DNA of 64,000 nt from positions 96,001-160,000 of the forward strand of contig CAZLEV010000007.1 of assembly GCA_964558645.1 (NCBI GenBank). The letters are read 5' to 3'. Below are positions 38,368-47,984 of this stretch, one piece after another; within the stretch, counting starts at the first letter, position 1; every line of letters begins with the position of its first letter. This DNA is from an uncultured archaeon. GTDB lineage: Archaea; Asgardarchaeota; Thorarchaeia; Thorarchaeales; Thorarchaeaceae. The notes below the pieces were generated by a model. That model made no database searches. It had not been told where the DNA came from and saw nothing but the letters and a program-made list of their open reading frames with translations. The translations under genes and the position numbers were made by a program.

Positions 38368-38466
38368 AAAACGAAAAGGCTCGACACAGAGGTCGATATC
38401 GTCAGTAGCGTCTCGACTTACAGATAATAACTATAATAGCCACTATACTGACAGGATTTCCCTGTC
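38368..38466 (-). promoter_or_regulatory. Candidate attenuator region: alternative pairing segments plus U-tract
   Basis: On the minus strand, UCGAC (38392-38396) can pair with GUCGA upstream (38413-38417) or downstream (38381-38385); the latter is followed by GCCUUUUCGUUUU. GUCAG(UA)UAGUG in the leader (38441-38452) can pair with CGCUACUGAC (38401-38410). Confidence 0.55.
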
Positions 38467-38498
38467 GTACGGATGTTTGCGGCTATTCCTCTGTTCAT
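38418..38498 (-). CDS. Tyr-rich leader peptide of the aro/tyr operon (MNRGIAANIRTTGKSCQYSGYYSYYL)
   Basis: ATG at 38498 (in-frame GTG at 38510) to TAA at 38418. Five TAT codons among the last nine sense codons. Co-oriented with, and 180 nt upstream of, the operon. Confidence 0.7.
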   Translation of the reverse strand: MNRGIAANIRTTGKSCQYSGYYSYYL

Positions 38499-38535
38499 CG
38501 AAACGTTCACTGAGCCCGTTCACGACCGTTACCCC

Positions 38536-38550
38536 TAATATACTTTGTCG
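38536..38550 (-). promoter_or_regulatory. Putative BRE/TATA promoter for the leader and aro/tyr operon
   Basis: CGACAAA-GTATATTA on the minus strand, 25 nt upstream of the in-frame GTG at 38510 (leaderless-transcript geometry). Confidence 0.5.
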
Positions 38551-38772
38551 GTAGAATTTCACTTTCGATACGTTCATTTTGTCATATTGATGGACGAAGC
38601 GCACGGACTATGCACACGGGTTCCAAGAGCGTCGAGAGCTACTTGACCACGACTGCTTTTCGTTGATGCCGTTTCCAGAGTTACTAAGTTTGGGCATCTA
38701 CTCCTTCATGGTAGTATTTGGATAAATTCTATATTGCACCAATGCATAGATGCACAGCAGGTCGCTGTGAAC

Positions 38773-39528
38773 ATGGAATCAGAAACGCCGCTGTCTGAAT
38801 CTGAATTGACGAGATACGATCGACAAATCATGGTTGATGATTGGGGACGGAAAGGGCAAGGGAGATTGAAGGACTCGACAGTTCTCATAGCAGGCGCGGG
38901 CGGCCTAGGGTGTCCTGCTGCTCTATACTTGACCGCCGCAGGTATCGGGAAGATTGTGCTCGTAGATAAAGATGAGTTTGAGCTAAGCAATCTCAATCGG
39001 CAGGTTCTTGCTTGGGAGCAGGATATCGGCCAGCCCAAGGCCGCATCTGTGGCCGAGAAACTTCGGGCATTGAACTCACATGTTGAGGTCGATGCAAGGA
39101 TTGCGGAGATTACCGAAGAGAATGTGAGTGGTATACTCAACGGTTCAACTGTGGTGGTTGATGCCATGGACAACTGGGCTACTCGGTTCCTTTTGAATCA
39201 GGAGTGTGTCAAGCAACGAATCCCATTTGTGCATGCGGGCATCCATGGCCTCTATGGACAGGTAACGACCATAATCCCTGGAAAGGGACCCTGTCTTCGA
39301 TGCATTTTGTCAGAGGATCCAAAAGAAGTAGCAACGTTCCCTGTAATTGGTGCAACACCTGGACTGTTTGCTATGCTGCAGGTAATGGAAGTTCTAAAGA
39401 TCATTGTTGGGTTTGGCGAAACATTGGTTGGAAAGATGCTGCTATTCGATGGCGAACGAATGGATTGCATGTCCACAGAGGTGAGTCATAGAAAAGACTG
39501 TCCAGTCTGTTCACACCTCTGGGCGTGA
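38773..39528 (+). CDS. ThiF/MoeB/UbaA E1-like activating enzyme
   Basis: RYDRQI, GAGGLG, D.D..ELSNLNRQ, DAMDN..TR; Zn motifs CLRC and CPVC. Confidence 0.92.
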   Translation: MESETPLSESELTRYDRQIMVDDWGRKGQGRLKDSTVLIAGAGGLGCPAALYLTAAGIGKIVLVDKDEFELSNLNRQVLAWEQDIGQPKAASVAEKLRALNSHVEVDARIAEITEENVSGILNGSTVVVDAMDNWATRFLLNQECVKQRIPFVHAGIHGLYGQVTTIIPGKGPCLRCILSEDPKEVATFPVIGATPGLFAMLQVMEVLKIIVGFGETLVGKMLLFDGERMDCMSTEVSHRKDCPVCSHLWA

Positions 39529-39699
39529 TACCAACCGTGGTCTTGCTGCTGCAACACGTATCAACAAAGCCATCATCAATGATTCAGGATTTGGCATCTT
39601 TGGATGGTATGAAATTAGTTAGTTTCGATTCAGGCGAAGAAAAAGAGTAGTGGGGCAGGGAGAAGAATCTACTCCGAAGCCCCAACTGACTGCGATAGT

Positions 39700-41034
39700 C
39701 TATATCTCTGGTGCTACCTTCTTGAAGACTTCGAGGTGGGTCTCGATGTCCTCCTTTGTGTGCTGAACCGATATCAGCCATTCCTCATCAGCGCCACAGG
39801 CCATGGCAATGACTCCCTCATTGAGCATGGTCATCCAGTAGTCCATTGTTCGCTCTTTGTCCACCTTCATCCAAGACCTATAATCTGTGACTGGTTCAGT
39901 GGTGAAGAGAATGCCTCCAACAGCATTGATGCCTTGGACAATCGCATCCATCTTGTGGTCGTTGATGATGTCCTCGTATCCCTTCATGAGCTCGTTACCC
40001 AGCTCCGCAACATGCTTGTATGCAGAGTCTGTCAATATCTCTGTCAGAGTGATCTTGGCTGCCTTGATTGACATAGGGTTGGCCGAGAATGTTCCAAAAA
40101 GACCCTCGTGACCAATTCCATCCATTATTTCTGCCTTCCCACCACAGGCTCCGATAGGCATACCCCCGCCAATCGCTTTCGCCAATGAGACCATGTCCGG
40201 CTCAACTCCGAAGAATTCGGTTGCACCGCCGCGTGCAAGCTTAACGCCGGTCTTGACCTCATCAAAAATCAGGACGATGTTATGTTCATTGGTTATCTTC
40301 CTGAGCTCTTTGAGGTAGTCCTTCTGAGGAGGTATAACACCTGCGTTCATCATTGTGGGTTCGACGATGAGTGCTGCAACTTCGCCCAAGTTCTCTTCAA
40401 GCAGTTCATTCAAAGTTTCAGTATCATTGAACGGAGTAATGATAGTGTCTTTGATGGTTCCATCTGTGATTCCCTGACCGTAGGGTACCTTCGCAGGACG
40501 TCGGCGCGGTCCATACTCGCCTTTGCCGGGTCTCTTACTGATGTGAAGCGAATCCATCACTCCATGGTATGCTCCCTCGATTTTCACAATCTTGTCCTTG
40601 CCAGTGTATCTTCTGGCGAGTCGAATTGCGTAGAGGGTTGCCTCAGAACCTGAATTTACAAATCTGAGCTTCTCGATGGGTGTAAACCTCGAGGCTAGTT
40701 CCTTTGCTGTATCGACTATGTCTTCATGGGGAAAGCCGTACATAGTTCCGTACTTGAGCTGCTCTTCTAGGCCTTCAATGATCTTTGGGTGTCTGTGTCC
40801 AACCATCAGGACGCCCCAACACAGGTTGAAGTCTAGATACTCGTTATCATCAAGGTCCCAGACTCTTCCGCCTTCGCCTTTCTTGACCGCCATGGGATAC
40901 GGTGCAAAATCTGGTGCAGAACCACCGATGCCACCGGGCAGGAGTTTGATCGATTCGTCAAAGAGCGCCTTGGACTTGCCTGTCTTCTCTCTGTATCGAT
41001 TCTTCGTTTCTTCAAAGTGTTCCTTCTTTGCCAA
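39700..41034 (-). CDS. Class III aminotransferase, glutamate-1-semialdehyde aminomutase (HemL)-like
   Basis: RFVNSGSEAT, GAYHG, IFDEVKTG, AKAIGGGMPIG and GTFSANP motifs. Confidence 0.88.
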   Translation of the reverse strand: MAKKEHFEETKNRYREKTGKSKALFDESIKLLPGGIGGSAPDFAPYPMAVKKGEGGRVWDLDDNEYLDFNLCWGVLMVGHRHPKIIEGLEEQLKYGTMYGFPHEDIVDTAKELASRFTPIEKLRFVNSGSEATLYAIRLARRYTGKDKIVKIEGAYHGVMDSLHISKRPGKGEYGPRRRPAKVPYGQGITDGTIKDTIITPFNDTETLNELLEENLGEVAALIVEPTMMNAGVIPPQKDYLKELRKITNEHNIVLIFDEVKTGVKLARGGATEFFGVEPDMVSLAKAIGGGMPIGACGGKAEIMDGIGHEGLFGTFSANPMSIKAAKITLTEILTDSAYKHVAELGNELMKGYEDIINDHKMDAIVQGINAVGGILFTTEPVTDYRSWMKVDKERTMDYWMTMLNEGVIAMACGADEEWLISVQHTKEDIETHLEVFKKVAPEI

Positions 41035-41340
41035 CTTAAATCGCCTACTTCATTCCCTCTCTTGGAAGTGAATGAGAATGTGTCATGTACTTCTAAACAG
41101 GACCTGCTTCTTTATATTCGTTATGAAGCCACAAAAACAAGGTTGAATCTGGATGGATTTCAAAGAAGGTCTGCAAGATGGAATGCATTGCAAAAGATGG
41201 TACCTTGGTTTGCATCTAGCCGCCTCGACCGCAAGTTGCTTATTGCACCGTGACTATCTTAGATATGCTAGGAATGCAGGTCGGCTGAGTGGCTTCGACA
41301 ACGGCCTTCCTCTTCCAAGAGATAGAATGACAGACAGGTC

Positions 41341-42606
41341 TTGACCATGAGACGACACCTTGAGAATCTGCCCACGTCTGGAATTGGATTGCTTCTTGCA
41401 ATTGCCGAAGACAATGAAACAATCAGTCTTGGTATGGGAGAACCCAGCTTTGATACGCCGCGCCACATCATCGAGGCGGCTCATGAGGCGCTCAGGGCTG
41501 GCAAGACACACTACTCACCTGACTACGGAATTATGGACCTCCGAGAGGCGATTGCAGAGAAGATTCGTGTTGACTCAGGAGTTGACCTCAGTCCAGAACA
41601 TGAAGTCATCGTATCAGCAGGAACGTCACCGGCAGTGTTTAACGCTATGATGTCTCTTGTTGACAGTGGGGAGGAGGTGGTTATTCCGACTCCCTCCTAT
41701 TTCGCATACGACTACATCACCAGAATAATCGGCGCGAAGCCAGTCTTTGTACCATCATATGAAAAGAACGGATTCATTCCTACTCCTGATGACTTGGTTG
41801 AGTGCATCAGTCCAGAATCAAAGATGCTGGTGATCTGCTCGCCAAGCAACCCGACAGGTGCCGTCTGGACGATGGAGAGCCTTAGAGCGGCAGCAGACTT
41901 AGCTGAAGACCATGACCTAGTCGTTCTCTCTGACGAACTCTACCAGCGAATCGTTTTTGATGACGTGAAGGCACAGAGCATCGCTGGCGTAGGCAGTATG
42001 GCAGAAAGGACCCTTGTCCTCAACGGTCTTAGCAAGAGTCATGCTATGACCGGCTTCAGGGTTGGGTGGATTGCCGGCCCCAGAAACCTACTTGAAGGCT
42101 TCAAGAAGCTACACGAGTACAACGCAATCTGCGCACCCATCGTCTCACAGCACGCTGCTCTGGCAGCACTAACTGGTCCAGACGACCGGGTCCAAGAGAT
42201 GGTCGCTGAGTACGCTCGTCGCAGGAAGCTCCTCGTCGACCGCTTGAACAATGAGGTTCCACTTGTCAGTGTGCAACCTCCCAAGGGGAGCTTCTTCATG
42301 TTTCCCAATGTCCGAGATCTTGTCGAAGCGCATCACGATGACATGGTTGAATACCTGCGAGGGGCCGAGGGTGAGCGTTACTTGAAAGGTCTACCCTCGT
42401 CTCTGTTCAGACCCGAGGACCTAGAGCAGTCGGACTCGCTTGCGGTTATGCTGTACCTATATGCTAAGGGACGCGTGGTTACGGCATCAGGTACGCTCTT
42501 TGGCAAATCTGGCGAGGGATTCCTGCGTCTATCTTTTGCGCAGAATGCCGAGGTCATCAATGAGGGATTGGACAGGATAATTCGTTCTCTGCAACAGTGG
42601 GAGTAA
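41341..42606 (+). CDS. Class I/II PLP-dependent (aspartate/aromatic) aminotransferase
   Basis: GEPSF, SPSNPTG, SDELY, LSKSHAMTGFRVG and LRLSFA motifs. Confidence 0.92.
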   Translation: MTMRRHLENLPTSGIGLLLAIAEDNETISLGMGEPSFDTPRHIIEAAHEALRAGKTHYSPDYGIMDLREAIAEKIRVDSGVDLSPEHEVIVSAGTSPAVFNAMMSLVDSGEEVVIPTPSYFAYDYITRIIGAKPVFVPSYEKNGFIPTPDDLVECISPESKMLVICSPSNPTGAVWTMESLRAAADLAEDHDLVVLSDELYQRIVFDDVKAQSIAGVGSMAERTLVLNGLSKSHAMTGFRVGWIAGPRNLLEGFKKLHEYNAICAPIVSQHAALAALTGPDDRVQEMVAEYARRRKLLVDRLNNEVPLVSVQPPKGSFFMFPNVRDLVEAHHDDMVEYLRGAEGERYLKGLPSSLFRPEDLEQSDSLAVMLYLYAKGRVVTASGTLFGKSGEGFLRLSFAQNAEVINEGLDRIIRSLQQWE

Positions 42607-42686
42607 GCGACCCATTAGACAGAATCCTGAGCCCTGAAATGAACTGAGGCCTTGGAAAGACGTTAGCAGTTGCTCTTGTTCTTTGC

Positions 42687-45600
42687 CTAGCTCCGTTTTC
42701 TCATGATGAAGAGGATGGTTACCACCACAACGGCACCTATAGCTCCAACAATCAACGTGACAAGCAACAAATCAGAGTGAGGTGTTCCGGTCCCGGTCGT
42801 TGTTGTCCCACTAGTTGTAGTGCTGGTGATCGTTGTGCTTGTAGTCGTTGATGTGGTTGTGGTAGTTGTTGTTGTCAATTCTAGCACTGTTAGTGTAAAG
42901 GCTGCAGATGCGGCATTTCCACTTTCATCACTGACGGTCACATTTAATCCATACTCACCGGGTGATAACACAGAAGTGTTTGTCAGTAGACCTTCGGAAG
43001 AGACTGCGAAATGGACTGTGTCATTGACGCTCCACGTAAGAGGGGATAGGTCAGTGGCTTGCAGCTGGTATGCGAATGCATCCGTTTCATTAATCTCCTG
43101 ATTTGTCGGTGTCGTTGTCCAAGTTGGAGGGGTGCTATCCACAACGGATATCACGATTGTTGCCTGAATGGTATTGCGGATGTAGTCAGAAGATCTAACC
43201 GTCAATTCGTAGTCATCGACAGTAAGTGGGATTACATTCGTGATGATACCACTGGGACTGACTGTGAAATTGGTCTGATCGTTTATCCACCAATCTCTTA
43301 CTCCGACTGCTGAAGATGCCTTCAGCTGGATTGAGAATACATCACCCAGCTCTGAGGTTTGGTCCCAGGGTGTTTCGACCCACTTGAGAATGGGCTTCTG
43401 AACGAAGTAGGCAGATCCTGTGAGTGAGCCGGATGGAGCGTGATACCCTCCCATTGCTAACCCTCCTGCTCCAACTTCTATGATGGTATTGAAATACTCG
43501 ATATCTTCTGGGGTTCCCGCGCTTTCATTTGCAAGAAAATTTCCATCTAAGTCGACCCACAGGAAGTAGCCATCTCTATTGCCACCTGAGAAGCTGTAGC
43601 TCTCACCCGCAGCTGCCAATGTGCCGTCGTGAATCTGAACAATGGCTGCACAGTGGTCATTGAGGCTGCCACCATACGTGTAGTTCCATATGACGAAGCC
43701 TGTTCCATTTGTCCTCACCACAAATGCATCTCTATGAGTTTCTCCGACAGGAGTAATGTCGCCGGTCAAGGCAAAGCCGCCGTCAGACAGCTGAGCAACT
43801 CCTCGCGCAACGCTGACATCCACTCCATGGTACGAACGATTCCAGAGCTGAGCCCCATCCTCATCAATTCTCACGAGCCAAGCATCATTATTACAGGATG
43901 CACTGCCATTCGTATAACCTGCCAGCGCATAGCCTCCAGAAGCACATGATACGATATCAAAGCCCTCGTCAGTGGCTGACTGGTATCCATATGTCTTGTT
44001 CCAGAGATGGTTTCCACCGGAATCAGTACGGATGAGCCAGGAGTCGGTCTTTCCTGACGACGCCTCATGGGTTGAACCGAGAACGAGAAAACCTCCATCA
44101 TCGGTTTCCACCACGGAACGCCCTATGTCCGCCCCTGAGGCCACGAAGGTCTTGTTCCACAGGTGTTGTCCATATTGGTTGATTCTCAGTAGCCATACAT
44201 CATCATCGGGTTGAACAAGAGTTGTAGCGTAACCCACCGCTGCGTATCCCCCGGTTGAACAACCAATCAGGTCCATCAGAGCATATCCATCGGGGTAGAG
44301 CTCCGCCCACTGTTGATCTCCTGAGGAGTTGTACTTGGCGAACCAAGGTGCAACACTACCTTTTATGACTGGTTCGCTCCTACATCCAAAAACGAAACCC
44401 CCGTCAGGGTCCTCGACTATCCCCATTATTCTGGTGCGTTGGCCACTACTGAACTTGAAGCTAGAATAGACCCAGTAGACCGAGATGGTCACTTCAGCTT
44501 GAATCCAGTGCCCATGAGCATCCTCAACTTCAATCTCAAGTCCATGCTGACCAATTGGAAGCGATGTGGCATTCCGCAGGATGCCATTGGAATCCAGAGA
44601 AAAGTCTTCAGTGTTATTGACAGACCAGCTTAGAGGGCCATCAGTGGATGATGCGTTAATATCATAGTAGAGTCCTTGTCCCAGTTCCAGCTCTCTGTCT
44701 GTCGGCGCGGGATTCCACATGGGCTCAGAGAGCCTGTAGATGACAGTGTCCTGGTCCCCTACAGAAGGATTCACATACCCTGAGAGAGCATATCCACCAT
44801 CACTTACCTCGATGACCTTGTCCGGCCTATCGTCACCGGGGAGATTTGTCTTTTCTGACCACCATACCTCACCCTCCGAGTCTGTGCGTACCAGCCAGAT
44901 ATCTTCTCCCGTTCCTGGAGCGTACCCCGCCAACATATAACCGCCGCCAGAAGCGGAGGCAATTGAGATGGCCATCTCGTTCCCTGCACCGCCGTAGGTC
45001 TTATTCCATATCAGGTTCCCGGCACTGTTGTATTTGAGAAGATACATGTCGTACCCTCCCCCTCCCCAGCTAGCTGTGGTGCCGCACAAGGCATATCCCC
45101 CATCGGTGGAGTCTGTCAGACCGAAGCAGTATTCTATCTCGGGTCCGCCATGAGTCGAGTTCCATACATGATTCCCGCCTTCATCAATCTTCAAGAGATA
45201 GAAGTAGTTGCTTGTGGCATTCTGCATTGAAGCCGCAACCACATACCCATTTGCCCCGCCGAGGTCAAGCACATCACGGCCACCTAAGCTTTCGCCTTCG
45301 TCTATCTCTGCGTCCCAGGTCTGTACTCCGTTCAGATCAGTCTTGACAACATAGAGGGGGCCACCCATCGTGCCACTACCGACCAAGATGAATCCACCAT
45401 CATCTGTTTCCGCGAGGGCTCTTGCTTCATAGTTCGATCTACCTGTATAATTCCTCATCCAATCTACATTTCCATCAGTATCAAATCTGACCAAATAGAA
45501 GTAGTTCCATGATCCGATTCTGACGTAACCACAGGTAGCATATCCCCCGCTGCTGACTTCTATCACGTCCCATGCCCTCTCTAGGCTTCCATTGTCAACC

Positions 45601-45941
45601 GTGGTATTCCAGAGCTCCGTGCCATTTGCATCAACCCGAAGCAAATAGAGGTCATTGGCAGTCTGACCTGCAATCACGAATCCTCCGTCAGTGGTTTCAG
45701 CGATAGAATATCCCCGATCGTTAGCATTGTTGCCTGCAACATCATATATGAAGTTCCATATTGGATCGTTGGCCGATGCTTCAAAGCGATTCACGATATC
45801 CGGTTTCCCATCTGCGTTAGGTGTTATCTCAGATCTAACGCGATAGAATCCGACTGAGATGATGGCACAAAGCAATACAGCTAGCAGAATGCGACTCCTT
45901 CTGGCGTGCAATGATTTCAACCAACCATTTTGGTCGGACAA
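42687..45941 (-). CDS. Surface protein with two beta-propeller-like repeat domains, cadherin/Ig-like domains, Thr-rich stalk and TM anchor
   Basis: Repeats of DGG(F/Y)...G...D.WL.R.D..G..LWN.TYGG in two blocks, three W.VN.T..F..S..G...N modules, poly-Thr, TM and RKRS tail. Confidence 0.85.
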   Translation of the reverse strand: MSDQNGWLKSLHARRSRILLAVLLCAIISVGFYRVRSEITPNADGKPDIVNRFEASANDPIWNFIYDVAGNNANDRGYSIAETTDGGFVIAGQTANDLYLLRVDANGTELWNTTVDNGSLERAWDVIEVSSGGYATCGYVRIGSWNYFYLVRFDTDGNVDWMRNYTGRSNYEARALAETDDGGFILVGSGTMGGPLYVVKTDLNGVQTWDAEIDEGESLGGRDVLDLGGANGYVVAASMQNATSNYFYLLKIDEGGNHVWNSTHGGPEIEYCFGLTDSTDGGYALCGTTASWGGGGYDMYLLKYNSAGNLIWNKTYGGAGNEMAISIASASGGGYMLAGYAPGTGEDIWLVRTDSEGEVWWSEKTNLPGDDRPDKVIEVSDGGYALSGYVNPSVGDQDTVIYRLSEPMWNPAPTDRELELGQGLYYDINASSTDGPLSWSVNNTEDFSLDSNGILRNATSLPIGQHGLEIEVEDAHGHWIQAEVTISVYWVYSSFKFSSGQRTRIMGIVEDPDGGFVFGCRSEPVIKGSVAPWFAKYNSSGDQQWAELYPDGYALMDLIGCSTGGYAAVGYATTLVQPDDDVWLLRINQYGQHLWNKTFVASGADIGRSVVETDDGGFLVLGSTHEASSGKTDSWLIRTDSGGNHLWNKTYGYQSATDEGFDIVSCASGGYALAGYTNGSASCNNDAWLVRIDEDGAQLWNRSYHGVDVSVARGVAQLSDGGFALTGDITPVGETHRDAFVVRTNGTGFVIWNYTYGGSLNDHCAAIVQIHDGTLAAAGESYSFSGGNRDGYFLWVDLDGNFLANESAGTPEDIEYFNTIIEVGAGGLAMGGYHAPSGSLTGSAYFVQKPILKWVETPWDQTSELGDVFSIQLKASSAVGVRDWWINDQTNFTVSPSGIITNVIPLTVDDYELTVRSSDYIRNTIQATIVISVVDSTPPTWTTTPTNQEINETDAFAYQLQATDLSPLTWSVNDTVHFAVSSEGLLTNTSVLSPGEYGLNVTVSDESGNAASAAFTLTVLELTTTTTTTTSTTTSTTITSTTTSGTTTTGTGTPHSDLLLVTLIVGAIGAVVVVTILFIMRKRS

Positions 45942-46053
45942 ACCTCGTAAAAAGTTGTTCTATCTTGTGATGAACCGCTTGAACCTTAACCAAAAGCCAG
46001 TGAGTTCTTCTGTAGAAACTCGCGCAGTTATCCTGCATAGGTGCTGCTGGTGC

Positions 46054-46950
46054 CTAGGCTGCTACCAGGACGAGGACTACGCCCATGACACTCATGGCCG
46101 TAGCTGCATAGACACGCCGACTCACTCGTTCGTCAAGGGCGAGCATTGCCATCGGAGTGGCTGAGAGGGGTGCTGTTGCTACCAAGATTGACGTAACTGT
46201 TGCTCCAATAAACTTGATTGAGAACATTGCTAAGAACAGGCTCACTCCTATCCCGAGGACTCCTGTCAGCAGGAACCCAGCAGCATGCGTTCTACTCAGA
46301 GCCTTCACCTCTCTCGTCGTCCTAGGTAAGAGGGGAAGCATAATGATTGAAGCTGCGAGCACACGAACCAGATTTCCATCTACAGGATCCACGTCCATCA
46401 GACCAACTTGGATACTCACGTCGCCTATGGCCCAGAAGAGAACGGTAAGACCTGCAGCAAGCATTCCTAGTCTCTGGTTTCCGGACCCGTTTGAGTTAAG
46501 GGTTGGAACGGTGTTGGGTTCTTCGCGTCCAATGATTCCTACTCCAAGAACCACTAGAACTGCACCAACGACGCGAGATATGAAGAAAGGCTCTTCTAAG
46601 AACAGATAGGCAATAACATACACAGCGAGTGGATAACTCATTACGAGAGGAAAGGCCCGACTCACTCCGAGATGTCTTTGACTCAGGAAATAGAGCGAGT
46701 CTCCAATGACAATTCCGATAATCATGGAGAAGGAAAGGACCAGCGCTGACCCTATTGGTATCGCAAAACCGGACTGCCCAACGGGAAGCAGGAGCGCAAA
46801 GAGAGCCACTGGTAGACTGACCCAGATTCGTGATGCGGAGATGGTGGCTATTCCCACTCGAGTCCCATATCTCTTGTAAACGACGTTGGTCAGACCGAAG
46901 AGAAATGACGCGGCAACGGCGCACGCAACACCAATCCAGTACTCGCTCAT
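46054..46950 (-). CDS. DMT/EamA family transporter
   Basis: 10 TM in two repeats; GVSRA.P...YP....A..FLEE and GAT....L....P....A...LDE. Confidence 0.88.
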   Translation of the reverse strand: MSEYWIGVACAVAASFLFGLTNVVYKRYGTRVGIATISASRIWVSLPVALFALLLPVGQSGFAIPIGSALVLSFSMIIGIVIGDSLYFLSQRHLGVSRAFPLVMSYPLAVYVIAYLFLEEPFFISRVVGAVLVVLGVGIIGREEPNTVPTLNSNGSGNQRLGMLAAGLTVLFWAIGDVSIQVGLMDVDPVDGNLVRVLAASIIMLPLLPRTTREVKALSRTHAAGFLLTGVLGIGVSLFLAMFSIKFIGATVTSILVATAPLSATPMAMLALDERVSRRVYAATAMSVMGVVLVLVAA

Positions 46951-46961
46951 TTTTTCTCTCT

Positions 46962-47984
46962 CTAGGGTGAGGTATTCTTCGCCACATCAACCAAGGCTTG
47001 TACGTTATCCTCGGGTGTTTCTAATGGTATGTCACAACCAGTACTGAGAATATGTCCCCCTTCAACACTCTGCGCTTTCTTGATGCAGTCTGTGGCATGT
47101 TTCTTCACAGTTTCAGGCGTTCCTGTCAACATAATCGATGTGTCAACGTTTCCGATAAGTGTCGCCTTGCCTCTTGTGATGGACTTTGCCTCCCTCATGT
47201 CTACCACAGCATCAATACTCAATGCATCAGCTCCGGTTGCGAGCATGCTGCCCAGTATCCTCGCTGTGTCCCCACAGATGTGAAGCGTGGACAGCGATCC
47301 CATCGTCTTGATCTGTCGATTGAGCTTGATGAGCGACGGTACCGCGAAGGTGTCGAAGAACCTTGGAGAGATGATGCTTGTACTGGCAGTCGGCTCAAGT
47401 ATGATGATATTGTGTGCACCTGCTTCAGCAAGAGCCTCCACATAGGGTATGATAAGATTCCTGCATGATTCGGTAATAGACATCGCCCTATCCGGTTCCT
47501 CGATAGTCAGCTCCAAGAGTGAATCCACGCCCATAAGATGACCGGCAAGTGTGAATGGGCCGATAACATAGCTGCTAACTAGATGAGAGTTTCCCACGGC
47601 TTGTACGAGTCTTCTGGTTGTGTCCACAAAGACGCGCAGCCGAGACGTTTCGATGTCAGGCATTCTCAACTTGTCGATCCCTCGTCCATCATGGTATGGA
47701 TGGGTCTTCACATACGGAAAGCCATCTTCTTGAAAGACAGTTTTTGCGCCCAAGACTTCGGCCTCTACTGTGAGATCCATGCAGGTGATGACTCCGTCAT
47801 ACCCGAACCTTCTGAGTGCAGTAAGCTGCGCACTGGTCTGTTTCGCTGAATCGTGAACCAATTCGTTGAGACCGCTGTTGACTAGTTTGGCGGAGTAGAG
47901 ACCCAGCAGAGGAAGTACAGGAGTTCTATCTGGACTCTGGTGTTTCAGTGCCTGGCTTACGATATCAATGGGCGACTTACTCAT
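46962..47984 (-). CDS. Uroporphyrinogen decarboxylase-like methyltransferase (MtaA/CmuA family)
   Basis: DLTVEAEVLG, GPFTLA, EPTAS..IISP, Zn motif LHICG, GNVD and STGCD. ATG after GAGGAG. Confidence 0.9.
   Translation of the reverse strand: MSKSPIDIVSQALKHQSPDRTPVLPLLGLYSAKLVNSGLNELVHDSAKQTSAQLTALRRFGYDGVITCMDLTVEAEVLGAKTVFQEDGFPYVKTHPYHDGRGIDKLRMPDIETSRLRVFVDTTRRLVQAVGNSHLVSSYVIGPFTLAGHLMGVDSLLELTIEEPDRAMSITESCRNLIIPYVEALAEAGAHNIIILEPTASTSIISPRFFDTFAVPSLIKLNRQIKTMGSLSTLHICGDTARILGSMLATGADALSIDAVVDMREAKSITRGKATLIGNVDTSIMLTGTPETVKKHATDCIKKAQSVEGGHILSTGCDIPLETPEDNVQALVDVAKNTSP

Noticed and set aside
38238-38387. ORF-track N-terminal extension of the mutase-aminotransferase (start 38387), and of tyrA (start 36960)
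   Set aside because: The GGAGGTG SD supports TTG 38237. TyrA homology begins at ATG 36843 in an ATGA overlap.
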